Assembly: GCA_965208835.1 (NCBI GenBank)
Contig: OZ242358.1
Location: forward strand, 3,424,001 to 3,488,000
Direction: 5' to 3'
DNA: 64,000 nt
DNA from: Candidatus Latescibacterota bacterium
Lineage (GTDB): Bacteria > Latescibacterota > UBA2968 > GCA-2709665
Below the pieces are notes generated by a model. The model did not search any database. It was not told the origin of the DNA and was given only the letters and a program-made list of their open reading frames with translations. Numbering within the stretch: position 1 is the first letter of the stretch; every line of letters starts with the position of its first letter. A program made the translations under genes and the position numbers. This document shows positions 19,302-28,623 of this stretch, in pieces.

Positions 19302-20311
19302 CCCTGCCCGTCCGGTGCCTGCGGTCGCTCGGGAACCTGCCCTCTGGCTATGCGCAGCAGTTCGACCTGGTACTCCAGACCGAGCAGCCCGTCCGCTCCC
19401 GACACGACGGGCCGACCGTGGGATCCCCGTACGCACGATACGAAGGCATCGACCAGTATGTGCAGAAAGTCGTCACATTGCACAGATTCACTTCCGTGGA
19501 CGAGGCGGGCGCGGTAGATTTTATCGTCGTCGACGTACCCCTCCCAATCCACCATGAAGCCGTTGACACCAAACCGTCGCGCCGGTATGCCCTCATCGAT
19601 ATCCCGCATGACCAGTTCCACGCCGCACCGTCCGGGGCCGCTGACGTAATCGAACCGCGCCCGGTTCTCACGCTCTTCGATTTCGCAGACGGCGGTTGTC
19701 ATATCCATCCTGCCATCCGGAAGGAAGCCAATGACCAGACTCAATGCGTGCGGGGCCACGTCCGCCCAGATTTCCTCGTAGCGTTTCGGCCCTTTTCGTC
19801 CCTTCACCTCCATTTCCATCGTAATCCTGGTAACGTCGTCCCACGCTCCGCGGACCTGCTCGTAAAACGCCCGATAGTGCGGTATGCCCGCCGGATACTG
19901 GGCAGACACCCCCAACAGACGTCCCGCGTCCTTCGCTTTCGAAACGACCGCCCGTCCGTCGGCCAGAATCTCATCCAGTTCCTTGTCTTTGTCCCAGCAG
20001 AACGGCTTCTCGCAAAGCACGTGTGCGCCGGCGTCAAGCGCGGCAATCGCGTGCGCCCTGTGCAACGGATACGGACTCGTCACGGCGACGATGTCGGGGG
20101 TTTCCTCCCGCAACATCGCCTCCACATCCTGGTACGCCCGGCCGCGGAAGCCGAAGTATGACGCCAGCCGCGCGCGGGTGCGCTCGCATGAATCCCTGGA
20201 CGTGCCCGTGAACGCAACCACGTCGCACCCGGAGAGATCGTACCAACGGGCATGATGCTGACCGATTCCACTGGCGCCTATAACGGCGACGCTGAGCGGC
20301 GTGTCGTACAT
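19298..20311 (-). CDS. Gfo/Idh/MocA family oxidoreductase
   Basis: VAVIGASGIG, VTSPYPLH, HVLCEKP. Start at MYDTPLS. Confidence 0.85.
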   Translation of the reverse strand: MYDTPLSVAVIGASGIGQHHARWYDLSGCDVVAFTGTSRDSCERTRARLASYFGFRGRAYQDVEAMLREETPDIVAVTSPYPLHRAHAIAALDAGAHVLCEKPFCWDKDKELDEILADGRAVVSKAKDAGRLLGVSAQYPAGIPHYRAFYEQVRGAWDDVTRITMEMEVKGRKGPKRYEEIWADVAPHALSLVIGFLPDGRMDMTTAVCEIEERENRARFDYVSGPGRCGVELVMRDIDEGIPARRFGVNGFMVDWEGYVDDDKIYRARLVHGSESVQCDDFLHILVDAFVSCVRGSHGRPVVSGADGLLGLEYQVELLRIARGQVPERPQAPDGQG

Positions 20312-20703
20312 GACTGCTCCTGGCCAATGATTCCGTCGAAGGACCCTTGTAAAATAGATATCCTCACAACCGGGGCCAATGCTTTTTTCCGGCGCCCGGC
20401 AGGTGTGCGCCCCGGTCTCCCTCGCCAGCTGATCGGCGGCGTCGAGACCGACTTTTAGCGCGGCGAATCCGTGCGCCATCCCGAAAGGACGGAAGGCCGT
20501 TCCGCGCATCTGCAGGATGGTCTTTCCTTTTGAGGGCATTAAAGGAAACCCTTGTTTTTTTTCTGCTTTTTGATATACTTAGCATTCCGCATCCGTCTTC
20601 AGATCGTGTACGAGACCGGCCGATCCTCCGTGGGCGACACGTTCCGGTTGCGGCGTGTTGACGTCCTGTCTGCTATTTATTCCAGTTCTCAGGGAGGACA
20701 TGA

Positions 20704-21213
20704 ATGATAAAGGAAAATGTACAGGCTGCCTTGAACCAACAGTTGAATTCAGAACTGTACGCCTCGTATTACTATCTCTCGATGTCCGCCTATTTTCACG
20801 CCACGAACCTGACGGGTTTCGCCTCCTGGATGCGCGCCCAGGCCCAGGAGGAACTGATGCACGCCATGAAGATTTACGACTTTATCAATGACCGGGAAGG
20901 CGAGGTGGCGCTGACGACCGTTGCGGCACCCAAACGTGATTGGGACGATTCCCTGGCGGCGTTCGAAGATGCCTATCGGCATGAAAAGGCGGTTACCGCC
21001 CAGATCTACGACCTGGTGGACCTGAGCGTCGAGGAACGGGACCACGCGACCAACACCTTTCTTCAGTGGTTCGTTACCGAACAGGTGGAGGAAGAGGCCA
21101 CCGCAAGCGATATCGTCAACAAGCTGAAACTGGTCGGCAGCGACGGCAACGGCCTGTTTCTTCTGGACAGAGACCTGGGAACACGAAACCAGGAATCAGA
21201 CGGGGACGAATAG
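20704..21213 (+). CDS. ftnA: Non-haem ferritin
   Basis: LNQQLNSELYASYYYLSMSAY, QAQEELMHAMK, HEKAVT, FLQWFVTEQVEEE. Confidence 0.93.
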   Translation: MIKENVQAALNQQLNSELYASYYYLSMSAYFHATNLTGFASWMRAQAQEELMHAMKIYDFINDREGEVALTTVAAPKRDWDDSLAAFEDAYRHEKAVTAQIYDLVDLSVEERDHATNTFLQWFVTEQVEEEATASDIVNKLKLVGSDGNGLFLLDRDLGTRNQESDGDE

Positions 21214-21306
21214 AGGAGCTCGTCGCCGCACAACTGTCGTTGCACAACGAACCCCTCCGCCAGCCGGCGCCGGTGGTATTTCACCGGAAAAAATCATGAT
21301 CGTAAC

Positions 21307-21335
21307 TTGACAAAACGCTATTCGTATGTTATCTT
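21307..21335 (+). promoter_or_regulatory. Near-consensus sigma-70 promoter upstream of the sigma factor leader
   Basis: TTGACA (21307-21312), 17-nt spacer with TG extension, TATCTT (21330-21335). Confidence 0.6.
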
Positions 21336-21613
21336 GTTATTTCACAGGGCTTTCTGTAAATAGCTAGTCTCATTTGAAATCGGAGTCGATTGCAGTTTCA
21401 GCCGCCACCCCTTGGCATTGAAACGGTGATTCCGGCAAGTTACGGCTCTCCGACCGGACAGCATCCGGGCTGCAGAACCAGGGAGGGCCGGAACAGAAAG
21501 CAACCTCGGGAATCGGTTCCCCGATCGGTTTCCGGAAGAATCCTGAGTTTCCCCACGAGTTCAACACCTCACCCCTGGAGGGGTTGAACTTTCCGAATCT
21601 CCCTTCTCCCTTA

Positions 21614-21799
21614 GAAGCTGTTTTAAAATCCCCAGCAGTCTTCGCGCGGCTGCAAAAGCGCCGGTCGGCGTTGGTCAGACCCACCCGTCTTACGAGATCG
21701 AGGCTGCGCCTGCTCGCCTCTCATAGGCGGATTTTCCCGCCTTGACCGCCACTCTTTCGCTCGCGCCCGGGAACTCACCAGAAATTTTAAAACTGCTTC
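21614..21799. mobile_element. MITE family A copy 1 (186 bp)
   Basis: Terminal inverted repeats GAAGCTGTTTTAAAAT / ATTTTAAAACTGCTTC, flanked by TTA and TTT. Arms match 58023-58211 in opposite orientation. Confidence 0.85.
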
Positions 21800-21992
21800 T
21801 TTTTCGATTCCTCCCCTTTCCGGATTGTGTCATTCACGTTCACGGTCCGCTCTTTCGAGCGCCGTGTATCGCAAGTCGTGCATTCTGCACGCACAGGATA
21901 CGTCTGCGCGCGAGCTCCGGGTGGTTCCCGATTGATTGCATCAGGCAGGGAGCCGTCACGCAGACGACCGCACCATTGTCTGGGGGAAAGTA

Positions 21993-22874
21993 ATGCCTGC
22001 AACGGTTATGAGGCAGCAGAACGGAATCTCGTCACGGGGAAAGAAGCGGTCAGCGCTTGAACTCTATCTCAAGGATATCGCGTATAACGATCTGCTCACG
22101 CCGCAACAGGAAGTGACGCTGGCCAAGCGCATCCGGGCCGGAGACCGCAAGAGCCTGGAACAGATGGTCGAGTCCAACCTCCGGTTCGTTATCACGATCG
22201 CCAAGGAATATCAGGGGCGGGGATTGCCGCTGGAAGACCTGATTGCCGAAGGAAATCTCGGTCTGGTTCGCGCGGCAACGCGGTACGATGAAACGGTGGG
22301 CGTCAAGTTTACAACCTATGCGGTCTGGTGGATCCGGCAGGGCATCCTCTCTTCGCTGGCGGAAAAAGCCCGTATGGTCAGGCTGCCTGTCAACAAGATC
22401 AAACACCTGTGCCGGCTGGCGCGCATTGCTTCAAGCCTCAAGCAGAAACTCGGCAGGGAGCCAAGCATCGACGAGATTGCGCGGGGGGCCGACATGCAGC
22501 CCAAACAGGCCCAGGATCTGCTCAATGCGTCGCGCTGGCACGTGTCCCTGGATATGCCGCTGGAGGATGGTCCGGACTCGTCTCTGCTCGAAGTCCTGGA
22601 GGATAAAGACCAGGTGTCGCCCGAAAACGTAGTGATGGAACAGGCGATGGCCGACGAAATCCGAGCCGCGCTGGATACCCTGTCATCCCGCGAAGCCCGA
22701 ATCCTGCGGCTTTATTTCGGAATCAACGGCGAAGACTCCATGACGCTGGAACAAATAGGCAATCAACTCAGTTTAACTAAGGAACGCGTTCGCCAGATTC
22801 GAGACAAGGCGCTTGCATCGCTCAAACACCCGTCGCGGATGCGAAAGATCCGCGCGTACCTCACGGAGAACTGA
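21993..22874 (+). CDS. RNA polymerase sigma-70 factor, RpoD/RpoS-like, lacking region 1.1
   Basis: LELYLKDI, ESNLRFVITIAKEY, DLIAEGNLGL, KFTTYAVWWIRQ, MTLEQIG...TKERVRQI. Confidence 0.93.
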   Translation: MPATVMRQQNGISSRGKKRSALELYLKDIAYNDLLTPQQEVTLAKRIRAGDRKSLEQMVESNLRFVITIAKEYQGRGLPLEDLIAEGNLGLVRAATRYDETVGVKFTTYAVWWIRQGILSSLAEKARMVRLPVNKIKHLCRLARIASSLKQKLGREPSIDEIARGADMQPKQAQDLLNASRWHVSLDMPLEDGPDSSLLEVLEDKDQVSPENVVMEQAMADEIRAALDTLSSREARILRLYFGINGEDSMTLEQIGNQLSLTKERVRQIRDKALASLKHPSRMRKIRAYLTEN

Positions 22875-22879
22875 GTACA

Positions 22880-23314
22880 GTGGCACACGATACGCTCAAT
22901 AACCCGGAAGTTTCCCTCAGGGGCGCCGTCTCACCCGTGCTGGATATCGTGGGCGTACATCACATCACGCTGGTTGCGCGCAATCTGGATCGATCCAGGT
23001 CCTTCTACGAGAAATTTCTGGGTCTGAACCCCATACCACGGCCGGATTACGACTTCGAGGGCGCCTGGTACCGATGTGGAAGCCTGGAGATCCATCTGCT
23101 TGTGGCGGAAGAACACCCGGATCCTTCCAGGCGCCATATCGCATTCGAGGTCTCGGACTTTGAGCGCGTCGTCAAATCTCTGGATGGCGGGTGGGTACAC
23201 GTCGTGGGTGGCCCGGGCATCAGACCGCACGACGGGAGCCGCTTCGTGTTTCTCCAGGATCCCGACGGCAACCTGATAGAAATCACGTGTCGAGGGGCAA
23301 AGCGCAAAGATTGA
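22880..23314 (+). CDS. VOC/glyoxalase family protein
   Basis: VHHITLV, FYEKFLGL, RHIAFEV, FLQDPDGNLIEI. Confidence 0.88.
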   Translation: MAHDTLNNPEVSLRGAVSPVLDIVGVHHITLVARNLDRSRSFYEKFLGLNPIPRPDYDFEGAWYRCGSLEIHLLVAEEHPDPSRRHIAFEVSDFERVVKSLDGGWVHVVGGPGIRPHDGSRFVFLQDPDGNLIEITCRGAKRKD

Positions 23315-23334
23315 AGCGTCGTTGAAACCTGATG

Positions 23335-23370
23335 AAAAAAGGGCCGCGATGGATATCGCGGCCCTTTATT
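23335..23370. terminator. Bidirectional intrinsic terminator
   Basis: AAAAAAGGGCCGCGAT-GGAT-ATCGCGGCCCTTTATT between convergent genes. Confidence 0.8.
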
Positions 23371-23398
23371 GCGTCTGATGCGAGTCCGCCCGGGGAGC

Positions 23399-24850
23399 TC
23401 ATTCACCCCCCGTCACCCGCAGCACGGGCTTCCGCGCGGCCGTTGCTTCGTCCAGCCTCCGGACGGGTGTGTGGTGCGGCGCGTGGTGCAACAGGTCGGG
23501 GTCTTCTTCCACCTCAGCGGCGATCTGTATCATGGCGTCGATGAACTCGTCAAGCTGTTCCAGGCTCTCCGTCTCCGTGGGCTCGATCAGCATCGCCTCG
23601 GGCGCCACCCTGGGCAGAGGAAAATAAATCGTTGGCGGGTGATGGCCGTAGTCGATCAGTCTCTTGGCGATATCCAGAGCGCTGACCCCGCTGGACCGCT
23701 TCTGCCGCGACGCCGAGAACACCATTTCGTGCATGGGCTGCGCGGACTTGGGGCGGTCGTAATACCCGCCCAGCCGGCTGGCGATGTAATTCGCGTTCAG
23801 GACGGCCATCTCGCTCGTGCGCCGCATTCCTTCCGCACCAAGCATTCTTGCATAGACGTACGCGCGAATCACCATCCCGAAATTGCCGTAGAACGTACTG
23901 ACCTTTCCGATCGACCGTGGACGATCGTAGTCCAGACCGAAACGATCGTCCGATTGCGTGACGACGGGAACCGGCAGGTAAGGCAGCAACGCGTCTTTCA
24001 CGCCGACGGGTCCTGACCCGGGACCACCGCCGCCGTGCGGGGTCGTGAAGGTCTTGTGCAGGTTGATGTGGACAACGTCGAATCCCATATCTCCGGGTCT
24101 GCATTGTCCCAGGAATGCGTTCAAATTCGCTCCGTCGTAATAAAGCAGGCCTCCGCCGTCGTGGACCACCTGCTGGATGTCCTGGATTTCGTCCTCGAAT
24201 ACGCCGAAAGTGTTCGGATTGGTCAGCATCAATCCCGCGACCCGGTCGTTCATCTTGGCCTTCAGGTCCGCCACGTCCACTGTTCCCCGGTCGGTGGATT
24301 TCAACGTCTCCACCCGGAAACCGCACATCGCCGCAGTCGCGGGGTTCGTTCCGTGTGCGGAATCCGGAATCAGCACAACCTGCCTGTCGTCCTGATTCTC
24401 GCGATGGTACGCCGCTATCAGCGAAATGCCGACGAACTCTCCCTGTGCACCCGCGGCCGGCTGAAACGTAAACCCTTCCATTCCGGTAACGGCCCTCAAT
24501 ATACCGTCCATCTCCCACATAACCCGCAACGCAGCCTGCGACGCCGTCTCGTCCGCAAAGGGATGTAATCCCGCGAAATCGGGCAGGCGCGCAACGCGTT
24601 CGTGTACCTTTGGATTATACTTCATCGTGCAGGAACCCAGCGGGTAAAACGCCGTATCGATACTGAAGTTCATGGACGAAAGATTCACGTAATGGCGCAC
24701 CAGCTCCAGTTCGCTGACTTCCGGCAGTGCGGGCGCGTCACTCCGATGCATTCCGTCCGGTATCGGCACAAACGCGTCCCCCGCGTCCGGAAACCGCGTG
24801 CACCTGCGCCCGTTTTCGCCTCGTTCAAAAATCAGCAGATCCCTGTCCAT
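23399..24850 (-). CDS. gcvPB: Glycine dehydrogenase (decarboxylating) subunit 2
   Basis: YPLGSCTMKYNPK, QPAAGAQGE, SAHGTNPA, NLHKTFTTPHGGGGPGSGP. Confidence 0.96.
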   Translation of the reverse strand: MDRDLLIFERGENGRRCTRFPDAGDAFVPIPDGMHRSDAPALPEVSELELVRHYVNLSSMNFSIDTAFYPLGSCTMKYNPKVHERVARLPDFAGLHPFADETASQAALRVMWEMDGILRAVTGMEGFTFQPAAGAQGEFVGISLIAAYHRENQDDRQVVLIPDSAHGTNPATAAMCGFRVETLKSTDRGTVDVADLKAKMNDRVAGLMLTNPNTFGVFEDEIQDIQQVVHDGGGLLYYDGANLNAFLGQCRPGDMGFDVVHINLHKTFTTPHGGGGPGSGPVGVKDALLPYLPVPVVTQSDDRFGLDYDRPRSIGKVSTFYGNFGMVIRAYVYARMLGAEGMRRTSEMAVLNANYIASRLGGYYDRPKSAQPMHEMVFSASRQKRSSGVSALDIAKRLIDYGHHPPTIYFPLPRVAPEAMLIEPTETESLEQLDEFIDAMIQIAAEVEEDPDLLHHAPHHTPVRRLDEATAARKPVLRVTGGE

Positions 24851-26193
24851 TATATGTTTCTCCAGGCGTCAACCAGGCGCGCCACGTCCGCACCGGTCTT
24901 CGTTTCGGTTACGCACGCCAGGACACACCGGTCCAGTTCCGGATAAATGCGCCCCAGATCGATACCGCCCGCGATGCCCTTTATCCGTAACGCTTCGAGC
25001 GCTTCGCGCGCGGGGCGGGGCGTTTCAACCACGAATTCGTTGAACGACGCGCCCGAAAACTTCAGAGAAAGCCCGTCGATGCCGCACAGCGCGGACGCTG
25101 CTTCGTGGCTTCGGTTCCAGTTCAACATTCCAACTTCACGCAGGCCAACGGGCCCGAGAGACGCCAGATAGACGGTCGCGGCTGTCGCGCACAGCGTCTG
25201 ATTCGTGCAGATGTTCGAGGTTGCCCGTTCCCTTCGAATATGCTGTTCGCGTGTCTGGAGCGTCATCACAAACCCGCGCTTTCCGTCCACGTCGGTGGTC
25301 TGCCCGACCACACGCCCGGGCATTCGTCGAACATGCTGTTCGCGCGTGGCGAACATACCCACGTAGGGGCCGCCGTAGGACAACGGCAGGCCCAGGGGCT
25401 GACCGTCGCCGACCACAATGTCCGCTCCGAAGTCTCCCGGCGGCCGGATCACCCCGAGGGAAATCGGATTCACCGACGCCACGTAGGCCGACGGATGGTC
25501 CTGCAACAGGCTGCCCATCGCGTCCAGCGGTTCCAGCACACCCAGGAAATTCGGGTTCTGCACCACGACCGCGGCGGTATCGTCATTCAGCTCCGCCTCG
25601 ACAAGCTCGATGTCAATGGTTCCGGCGTCCGTCCAGGGAATCTCCACCAGTTCCAGTCCGATACCCCGAACGTAAGTCTCCACGACACGCCGGTAGAACG
25701 GGTGCAGGCTGCGCGGCAGCAGTACCCGCGTACCGTCGTTGATCCGGACCGCCATCATTACCGCTTCCGCCAGGGCGGATGCGCCGTCGTACATGGAGGC
25801 ATTGGCCACTTCCATACCGGTCAACTCGCAGACCATGGTCTGGAACTCGAAAATCGCCCGCAGCGTACCCTGGCTCACCTCCGGCTGATAGGGCGTATAT
25901 GCCGTATAGAACTCGCCGCGGGAAATCATCGCGTCGACGACGCTGGGCGTGAAGTGCTCATAGGCGCCGCCGCCCACGAACGACAGCTCCGGGGCCTGCT
26001 CCCGCGCCGAGCGGCCGAGTTCCTCAATCAGTCCCAACGCCTCCATCTCGCTGATTCCGGAAGGCAGATCCAGGGAACCCAGCCGCAGAGACTCCGGGAC
26101 GGGATCGAATAGCGTATCCGTTGAATCGATCCCTATCGTATCCAGCATCGTCCGAATGTCCTGATCCGTGTGCGGTGTATAATTCACGAACAC
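24850..26193 (-). CDS. gcvPA: Glycine dehydrogenase (decarboxylating) subunit 1
   Basis: YTAYTPYQPEVSQG, ANASMYDG, TREQHIRRERATSNICTNQ. Confidence 0.96.
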   Translation of the reverse strand: MFVNYTPHTDQDIRTMLDTIGIDSTDTLFDPVPESLRLGSLDLPSGISEMEALGLIEELGRSAREQAPELSFVGGGAYEHFTPSVVDAMISRGEFYTAYTPYQPEVSQGTLRAIFEFQTMVCELTGMEVANASMYDGASALAEAVMMAVRINDGTRVLLPRSLHPFYRRVVETYVRGIGLELVEIPWTDAGTIDIELVEAELNDDTAAVVVQNPNFLGVLEPLDAMGSLLQDHPSAYVASVNPISLGVIRPPGDFGADIVVGDGQPLGLPLSYGGPYVGMFATREQHVRRMPGRVVGQTTDVDGKRGFVMTLQTREQHIRRERATSNICTNQTLCATAATVYLASLGPVGLREVGMLNWNRSHEAASALCGIDGLSLKFSGASFNEFVVETPRPAREALEALRIKGIAGGIDLGRIYPELDRCVLACVTETKTGADVARLVDAWRNI

Positions 26194-26224
26194 AACCTCG
26201 TATATTGAAACGGTGGAAACGAAC

Positions 26225-26947
26225 CTATTTCTTCAAATACGTGTACTCCAGCCCATCTGATGGCTGCCACCCCAGGATCCGCTTTGCCTTCTCGTTTGAA
26301 AACTGTCCGTGCGGGCGATCGCCGAAAATGTTGATGGCTTCGCACCGCGAAGGCAACCGGTCCAGTTCGATGGTCAGCCCCGGAACGAACGCGGCGGCCG
26401 CGTCGCGCCACGATACCAGAAACGACCAGTCCCGAACCGGCTCGGTCGACGGGTCGTGATCTCTGAAGATGTAGAACATAAAACACAACACGTAAACGTC
26501 GCAATGCGCCGTAAAGATCCGACAGATTTCCTGTCCCAGACCCTTTGAAAGCGCGTACAGGTTCGTACCGGGCATCGGCGGCACGTCGGGGCCGATCCCA
26601 TAGTCCCACCCCTCATAGGGTGCGCCCTGTACGGTAAAATGCGGGCCCGTATTGATGACGCGACGGACTCCGTGTTTGACCGCCGCGCGCATGATGTTGT
26701 AGCACCCCAGTGCATTCACGTCGAATGCGACCTTTCGATGCGGCCGCAGGACGGACAGGTTGATGATTGCATCCATTCCGTCGGCCGTGCGCATGACGGC
26801 ATCCGGGTCCGCGACGTCCACGGGGATCATCTCATGCGGCGTCTCAAACGGTTCCAGATCCGTTATCCGAAGCGAAACGTGTTCCTCCAGGGCCTTGACG
26901 ACATGCGGCCCCAGCATCCCGTTGCCGCCATAAATCACGACCTTCAT
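26225..26947 (-). CDS. NAD-dependent epimerase/dehydratase (extended SDR), tandem copy 1
   Basis: VIYGGNGMLG Rossmann motif and YALSK catalytic motif. Confidence 0.88.
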   Translation of the reverse strand: MKVVIYGGNGMLGPHVVKALEEHVSLRITDLEPFETPHEMIPVDVADPDAVMRTADGMDAIINLSVLRPHRKVAFDVNALGCYNIMRAAVKHGVRRVINTGPHFTVQGAPYEGWDYGIGPDVPPMPGTNLYALSKGLGQEICRIFTAHCDVYVLCFMFYIFRDHDPSTEPVRDWSFLVSWRDAAAAFVPGLTIELDRLPSRCEAINIFGDRPHGQFSNEKAKRILGWQPSDGLEYTYLKK

Positions 26948-27047
26948 TACCATCTCCAATCGTGTGCATACCTCGATGTTCGAACGTCCAGGCCGCTCGC
27001 GCCGCGCCGTATGATGTATCGGCGCCGGTCCGCGGATTCCCGGCTGG

Positions 27048-27776
27048 CTATTTTTTCAGGTACGTGTATTCCAGCCCGTCCCTCGGTTTCCACCCCAGGA
27101 TCCGTCTGGCCTTCGCGTTCGTAAAGTGCCCGTGCGGCCGGTCGCCGAAAATATCGAATACCTCGCATCTTGAATGCAGACGATCCAGTGGGATCTCCAG
27201 TCCGGGGAGGAACGCGTCGGCCGCATCCCGCCACGTCACCATAAATGACCGGTCATGAACCGGTTGAGAGGACGGGTCGTGACCGCGAAAACTCCAGAAC
27301 AGGTAACACAGCACGTACACGTCGAAGTTCGAGGTGAAGATCCGGCAGATTTCCTGGCCCAACCCCTTCGAAAGCGCATACAGGTTCGTTCCCGGCCTGG
27401 GGGGCACATCCGGACCGATGTGATAATCCCAGTCCACGTAGGATTCGCCCTGCACGGTAAAGTGCGGCCCCGTGTTGATGACGCGCCGGATCCCGTTTTT
27501 CACGGCCGCGCGCATCACGTTATAACATCCCAGGGTATTCACGTCGAACGCGGTCTTTCGATGCGGCCGCAGAACCGACAGGTTGATGATCGCGTCCATC
27601 CCTTCCGCCGCGCGCATCACGGCCTCCGGATCCGCCACGTCCACGGGCATCATCTCGTGGCACGTTTCAAACGGCTCCAGATCCGTAATCCGAAGGGTCA
27701 CGCGCCTTTCAAGCGCCTTTACGACATGCGGCCCCAGCATCCCGTTGCCGCCATAAATTACGACCTTCACTCTCAT
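27048..27776 (-). CDS. NAD-dependent epimerase/dehydratase, tandem copy 2
   Basis: VIYGGNGMLG and YALSK; close paralogue of copies 1 and 3. Confidence 0.88.
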   Translation of the reverse strand: MRVKVVIYGGNGMLGPHVVKALERRVTLRITDLEPFETCHEMMPVDVADPEAVMRAAEGMDAIINLSVLRPHRKTAFDVNTLGCYNVMRAAVKNGIRRVINTGPHFTVQGESYVDWDYHIGPDVPPRPGTNLYALSKGLGQEICRIFTSNFDVYVLCYLFWSFRGHDPSSQPVHDRSFMVTWRDAADAFLPGLEIPLDRLHSRCEVFDIFGDRPHGHFTNAKARRILGWKPRDGLEYTYLKK

Positions 27777-27868
27777 CTCCAATCGTGCGTATACCCGCGC
27801 CCGGACATCCGCAGCGTTCGCGGCGCGCCGTACGATGTACCGGCGCCGGCCCGCGGATTCCCGGTTGT

Positions 27869-28591
27869 CTATCTTTTAATGTACGTGTATTCGAGCCCGT
27901 CCCTCGGCTGCCACCCCAGGATCCGTCTTGCCTTCGCGTTTGTATAGTGCCCGTGCGGCCGGTCGCCGAGAATATTGAACACCTCGCATCTTGACGGCAG
28001 ACGCTCCAGTGGAATTTCCAGTCCGGGGAGGAACGCGCCGGCGGCATCCCGCCACGTCACAATAAAAGGCCGGTCGTGAACCGGTTGAGAGGACGGGTCG
28101 TGACCGCGAAAACTCCAGAACAGGTAACACAGCACGTACACGTCGAAGTGCGAGGTGAAGATCCGGCAGATTTCCTGGCCCAGTCCCTTGGACAGCACAT
28201 ACAGACCCGTTCCCGGCCTGGGGGGGACGTCCGGACCGAAGTGAAAGTCCCAGTCCCTGAAGGGGTCGCCCTGTACGGTAAAGTACGGCCCCGTGTTGAT
28301 CACGCGCCGGATCCCGTTCCTCACAGCCGCACGCATCACGTTGTAGCATCCCAGGGTATTCACGTCGAACGCGATTTTTCGATGCGGCCGCAGAACCGAC
28401 AGGTTGATGATCGCGTCCATCCCTTCCGCGGCGCCCATGACACCCACAGGGTCCGCCACGTCCACGGGCATCATCTCGTGGGGCGTTTCAAACGGCTCCA
28501 GGTCCGTAATCCGAAGGGACACGCGCCCTTCAAGCGCCTTTACGACGTGCGGCCCCAGCATCCCGTTGCCGCCGTAGATCACGACTTTCAT
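27869..28591 (-). CDS. NAD-dependent epimerase/dehydratase, tandem copy 3
   Basis: VIYGGNGMLG and YVLSK; ATG at 28591. Confidence 0.88.
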   Translation of the reverse strand: MKVVIYGGNGMLGPHVVKALEGRVSLRITDLEPFETPHEMMPVDVADPVGVMGAAEGMDAIINLSVLRPHRKIAFDVNTLGCYNVMRAAVRNGIRRVINTGPYFTVQGDPFRDWDFHFGPDVPPRPGTGLYVLSKGLGQEICRIFTSHFDVYVLCYLFWSFRGHDPSSQPVHDRPFIVTWRDAAGAFLPGLEIPLERLPSRCEVFNILGDRPHGHYTNAKARRILGWQPRDGLEYTYIKR

Positions 28592-28623
28592 TACCGTCTC
28601 CAGCGTCGCGCGGAAATGATGAT

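Larger units (their letters stand above)
26225..28600. repeat. Tandem triplication, unit ~822 bp
   Basis: Stop codons at 26225, 27048 and 27869; the intergenic spacers 26960-27047 and 27784-27868 are also homologous. Confidence 0.9.

Noticed and set aside
20312-20539. N-terminal extension of the Gfo ORF, or a riboswitch (CCATCCCGAAAGGACGG hairpin)
   Set aside because: The Rossmann fold begins just after ATG 20311, and the hairpin lacks the other conserved c-di-GMP riboswitch elements.
21268-21293. Hairpin after ferritin as a terminator
   Set aside because: It is followed by an A run rather than a T run, so it is not a canonical terminator on either strand.
26225-28600. SDR array as a DGR target or CRISPR-like array
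   Set aside because: The units are whole genes, there is no reverse transcriptase or cas gene in the window, and the differences are not evidently adenine-specific.
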